A stretch of DNA of 64,000 nt, taken from Podarcis gaigeae (Eukaryota). Shown here in pieces: positions 61,386-64,000 of this stretch. Below the pieces are notes generated by a model, which saw only the letters and a list, made by a program, of their open reading frames with translations, made no database searches and was not told where the DNA came from. The first letter of the stretch is position 1. Each line of letters starts with the position of its first letter. The stretch lies in NCBI GenBank assembly GCA_964106915.2, contig OZ066925.1; one strand, 5' to 3'. Made by a program: the position numbers and the translations under genes.

Positions 61386-61915
61386 CATGGCTTATGTGCA
61401 GTTTTCTCATCCAGGGGTAGATCTGGGGCTGGGGCGGCTGTGGAGCTGTGCTTTGGTCGTTCTGCTGGGGATTCGCCTGCTCGCTGCTGGCCGGGGCGTC
61501 CTCCTCGGTGCCTGGCGACGTGCTGAGCCCTTCTCTGCCTAGGTGGTGGGGGTTGTTGCCCGTGCTGCTGGCGCTGCTGCTGGCGCTGGTGCTGCTGCTG
61601 CTGCTGCTGCTGCTGGCGCCGCTGCTGGAAGTGGACGAAGTGCTGCTCGAGTTGGCCGTGGAGTTTTTCACGCTGCCGCCGTGATGAGCGTCGCCGCTGA
61701 CAGGCGAGGTGGCCGCCACGGCAGCGGCGCAGGGCAGAGGGTCAGGCGGAGGCGAGTGAGTGGCCCCCGTGGCCGCCGCCCGGCTGGCGTACCTGGCCTC
61801 GGGGGCAGCGCTGGCGGGGTAGCTGCTGCGAGCCCTCTCCGAGGGGCCCCCTGCCCCAAAGTGGCTGGAAGCCGAGCGGCCGACGCTGAGGTCCATGCCA
61901 TTGTAGCCGTAGCCT

Positions 61916-61946
<31 letters not shown>

Positions 61947-62079
61947 ACCTGCCGGAATGCATGCTGGCGGAGTCCCTGAATTGCTCGCTCACGGCACTGG
62001 GATCTCCATAATTATGTAACGGGTAGTCCGGGCCATTTGGATAGCGACCGCAAAATGAGTTTACAAAATAAGAGCTCAT
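61386..62079 (-). CDS. HOXA5: Homeobox protein Hox-A5, coding exon 1 (spliced product 314 aa)
   Basis: [26 protein letters not shown]...[12 protein letters not shown]...[15 protein letters not shown]. Donor CATG|GTAAA (694 nt, phase 1). Confidence 0.97.
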
Positions 62080-62458
62080 TTGTTTTTTTTGTTGATGATG
62101 ATTTTTTTGTTGTTGTTGTTGGTTGGGATTTTTTTGTTGCTTTTTTTTTTGATCGGGGGGCTTGATTTGTGGCTCTTTGCTTCGTTTTTTGGTGCGTCTA
62201 TNNNNNNNNNNNNNNNNNNNNNNNNNNNNNNNNNNNNNNNNNNNNNNNNNNNNNNNNNNNNNNNNNNNNNNNNNNNNNNNNNNNNNNNNNNNNNNNNNNN
62301 NNNNNNNNNNNNNNNNNNNNNNNNNNNNNNNNNNNNNNNNNNNNNNNNNNNNNNNNNNNNNNNNNNNNNNNNNAGTTTGGGTGGATGCTGGAAGGGCTGG
62401 GGCGCGCGCGCCGGCGCGCGCACCCGGCCGCCAGCTCGCGACTGTCAGTCGGCCTCGT

Positions 62459-62472
62459 GCGCCACCCTCTGG
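62459..62472 (-). promoter_or_regulatory. Candidate CTCF site upstream of HOXA5 (A5|A6 boundary)
   Basis: CCAGAGGGTGGCGC vs core CCASYAGRKGGCRS (2 mismatches), at the position where a CTCF boundary is known in mammals. Confidence 0.45.
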
Positions 62473-63596
62473 AGGAAAGCGGGATCTTCACCTCCGCAAC
62501 AACCCCCCCCCCGCCCCAGCCAGGGGCTTACTCGCAAGTCTGGGGTCGAATCGAGGTTACAGCCCATTATAGCAAAATTATGGCATCTCTCACACAGTTC
62601 CATTAGTATGGACCAATTTTTAAGGGCTATCGGCTCCAGATCAGAAAACCAGCAAGAATTCAGAAGCATAGGGGAGAAATAATATATTCAATCTTTCCTT
62701 TTCAGTAAGATTCCTTTTAATCTTGCACATTCCTTTATTATTTTCTAACATTCCCCATTCTGCTAGAGATTCTTTACAAAGAAAAGCTATATAAATAGAG
62801 AGAGCCATATATATATATAGGGATTTCTTTTGCAGGAGGAAGGGAAAAGACTAATTATTATTGAAGCCAATTAGAGGAAAGCAATAAACCCCAACATTCT
62901 AGCAACAATTACTATGGTGTCCTTTTTTCTCAGGCGCTTGAAAAACCAGGATAAAAGGGGTGGCGGGGGATCGATCGCTGTGTATTTTTAAAGATCAGTG
63001 CCGATTTCAAAATTTCCTACAGCTGAGCTGTTCTCTAAGCCTCTTTTAAACAGCCTGGATCTAAAAGCAAGCAAACCCCAGTATCATTTAATGACACCAT
63101 GGCATATTCTCTGCCTCCCCCACCCAATTTCACAACAACATATATATATATAATGGTAGTGATCTTTTGAGGGGTAGGTTTTCACTATTTCACTTTTATT
63201 TGTATTCAGAGTCATTTCCCAAAAAGTACACTTTTCATAGTATCGAAAAAGACCTTTGCATTTCCACATATAGACAGAGGACGCCAAACACACTTAATCG
63301 CATATATAAAGCCACATTTTCACTGTCACTGTTATTTAAAGCAAACCGTGCTTGCGCCGGATCCTTCTTCCACACATTCTCAATGAAAGCATAGAATAGT
63401 AGCTACATTTCGACTTTGCTTCCATCACCATCATAATTTACTGTCGTTGTTTAGAAATTTAACCAAATGTGATGGGGGGGGGGGGTTTGGGGAAACAGCC
63501 ACGATTCAGTATTCTGCCTGCTCCTTCAACAGTACTCAGAAATCAAAGTTACCCTCGATATTCAAGTTGTGTTTATGAGCGTGCATATACGTGTGT

Positions 63597-63630
<34 letters not shown>

Positions 63631-64000
63631 CTCTAATTCGAACTCTACCCATCTCTGCCTGCCTGGAGATACTTCTCCCTTCACTTGTTGTGCTTTTAAT
63701 TACAGTATTTTGAGCTTTGTGGGTTTTGTTTTTTTTAATGCAGGCTTTTGCTAATTAAAACAAAGCAATACGCAAATATGTGGCCATTTTGAAACACCCA
63801 TAGCGGTTCATCAACACTTCAACATTAAATACAACATTGTTGTTGTATTTAAAACAACAACAACAGAAAAACGTTTAATCTCATTATTGAAATTTCCCCT
63901 TTCCCTATTTTATTTTTTTTGGTGGGGTGGGATCCTAACTATATATTTCAATCATATGTACAAGGAAACACGCTTTTCCTAATCTGTACTGTAATATTTC

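Overview
Vertebrate genomic DNA containing the 3' (anterior) half of a HoxA cluster. HOXA1, HOXA2, HOXA3, HOXA4 and HOXA5 are all intact, each with two coding exons on the - strand, GT-AG phase-1 introns, a hexapeptide and a homeodomain. The CR1 fragment, hAT MITE and many short palindromic repeats inside the cluster point to a squamate, probably a lacertid-type lizard (inference). Known Hox regulatory elements are recognisable: four DR5 RAREs, the Hoxa2 r4, r2 and r3/r5 elements, the Hoxa3 r5/r6 MafB-Hox/Pbx enhancer, the PG4 intron HB-1 element, a HOTAIRM1-like 5' end and exon-2 acceptor, polyA signals and miRNA sites. I found no new protein-coding system. The most interesting signals are regulatory: a seed-broken miR-196 site in the HOXA5 3'UTR, overlapping uORFs at HOXA1 and HOXA3, absence of the HOXA1 exitron splice sites, a hAT MITE with a perfect TSD next to the HOXA3 homeobox exon, a (UG)n-type HOXA4 splice acceptor and homopeptide expansions. 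Six N-runs look like hard-masked conserved elements rather than true gaps. All human/mouse comparisons are from memory and need alignment to confirm.
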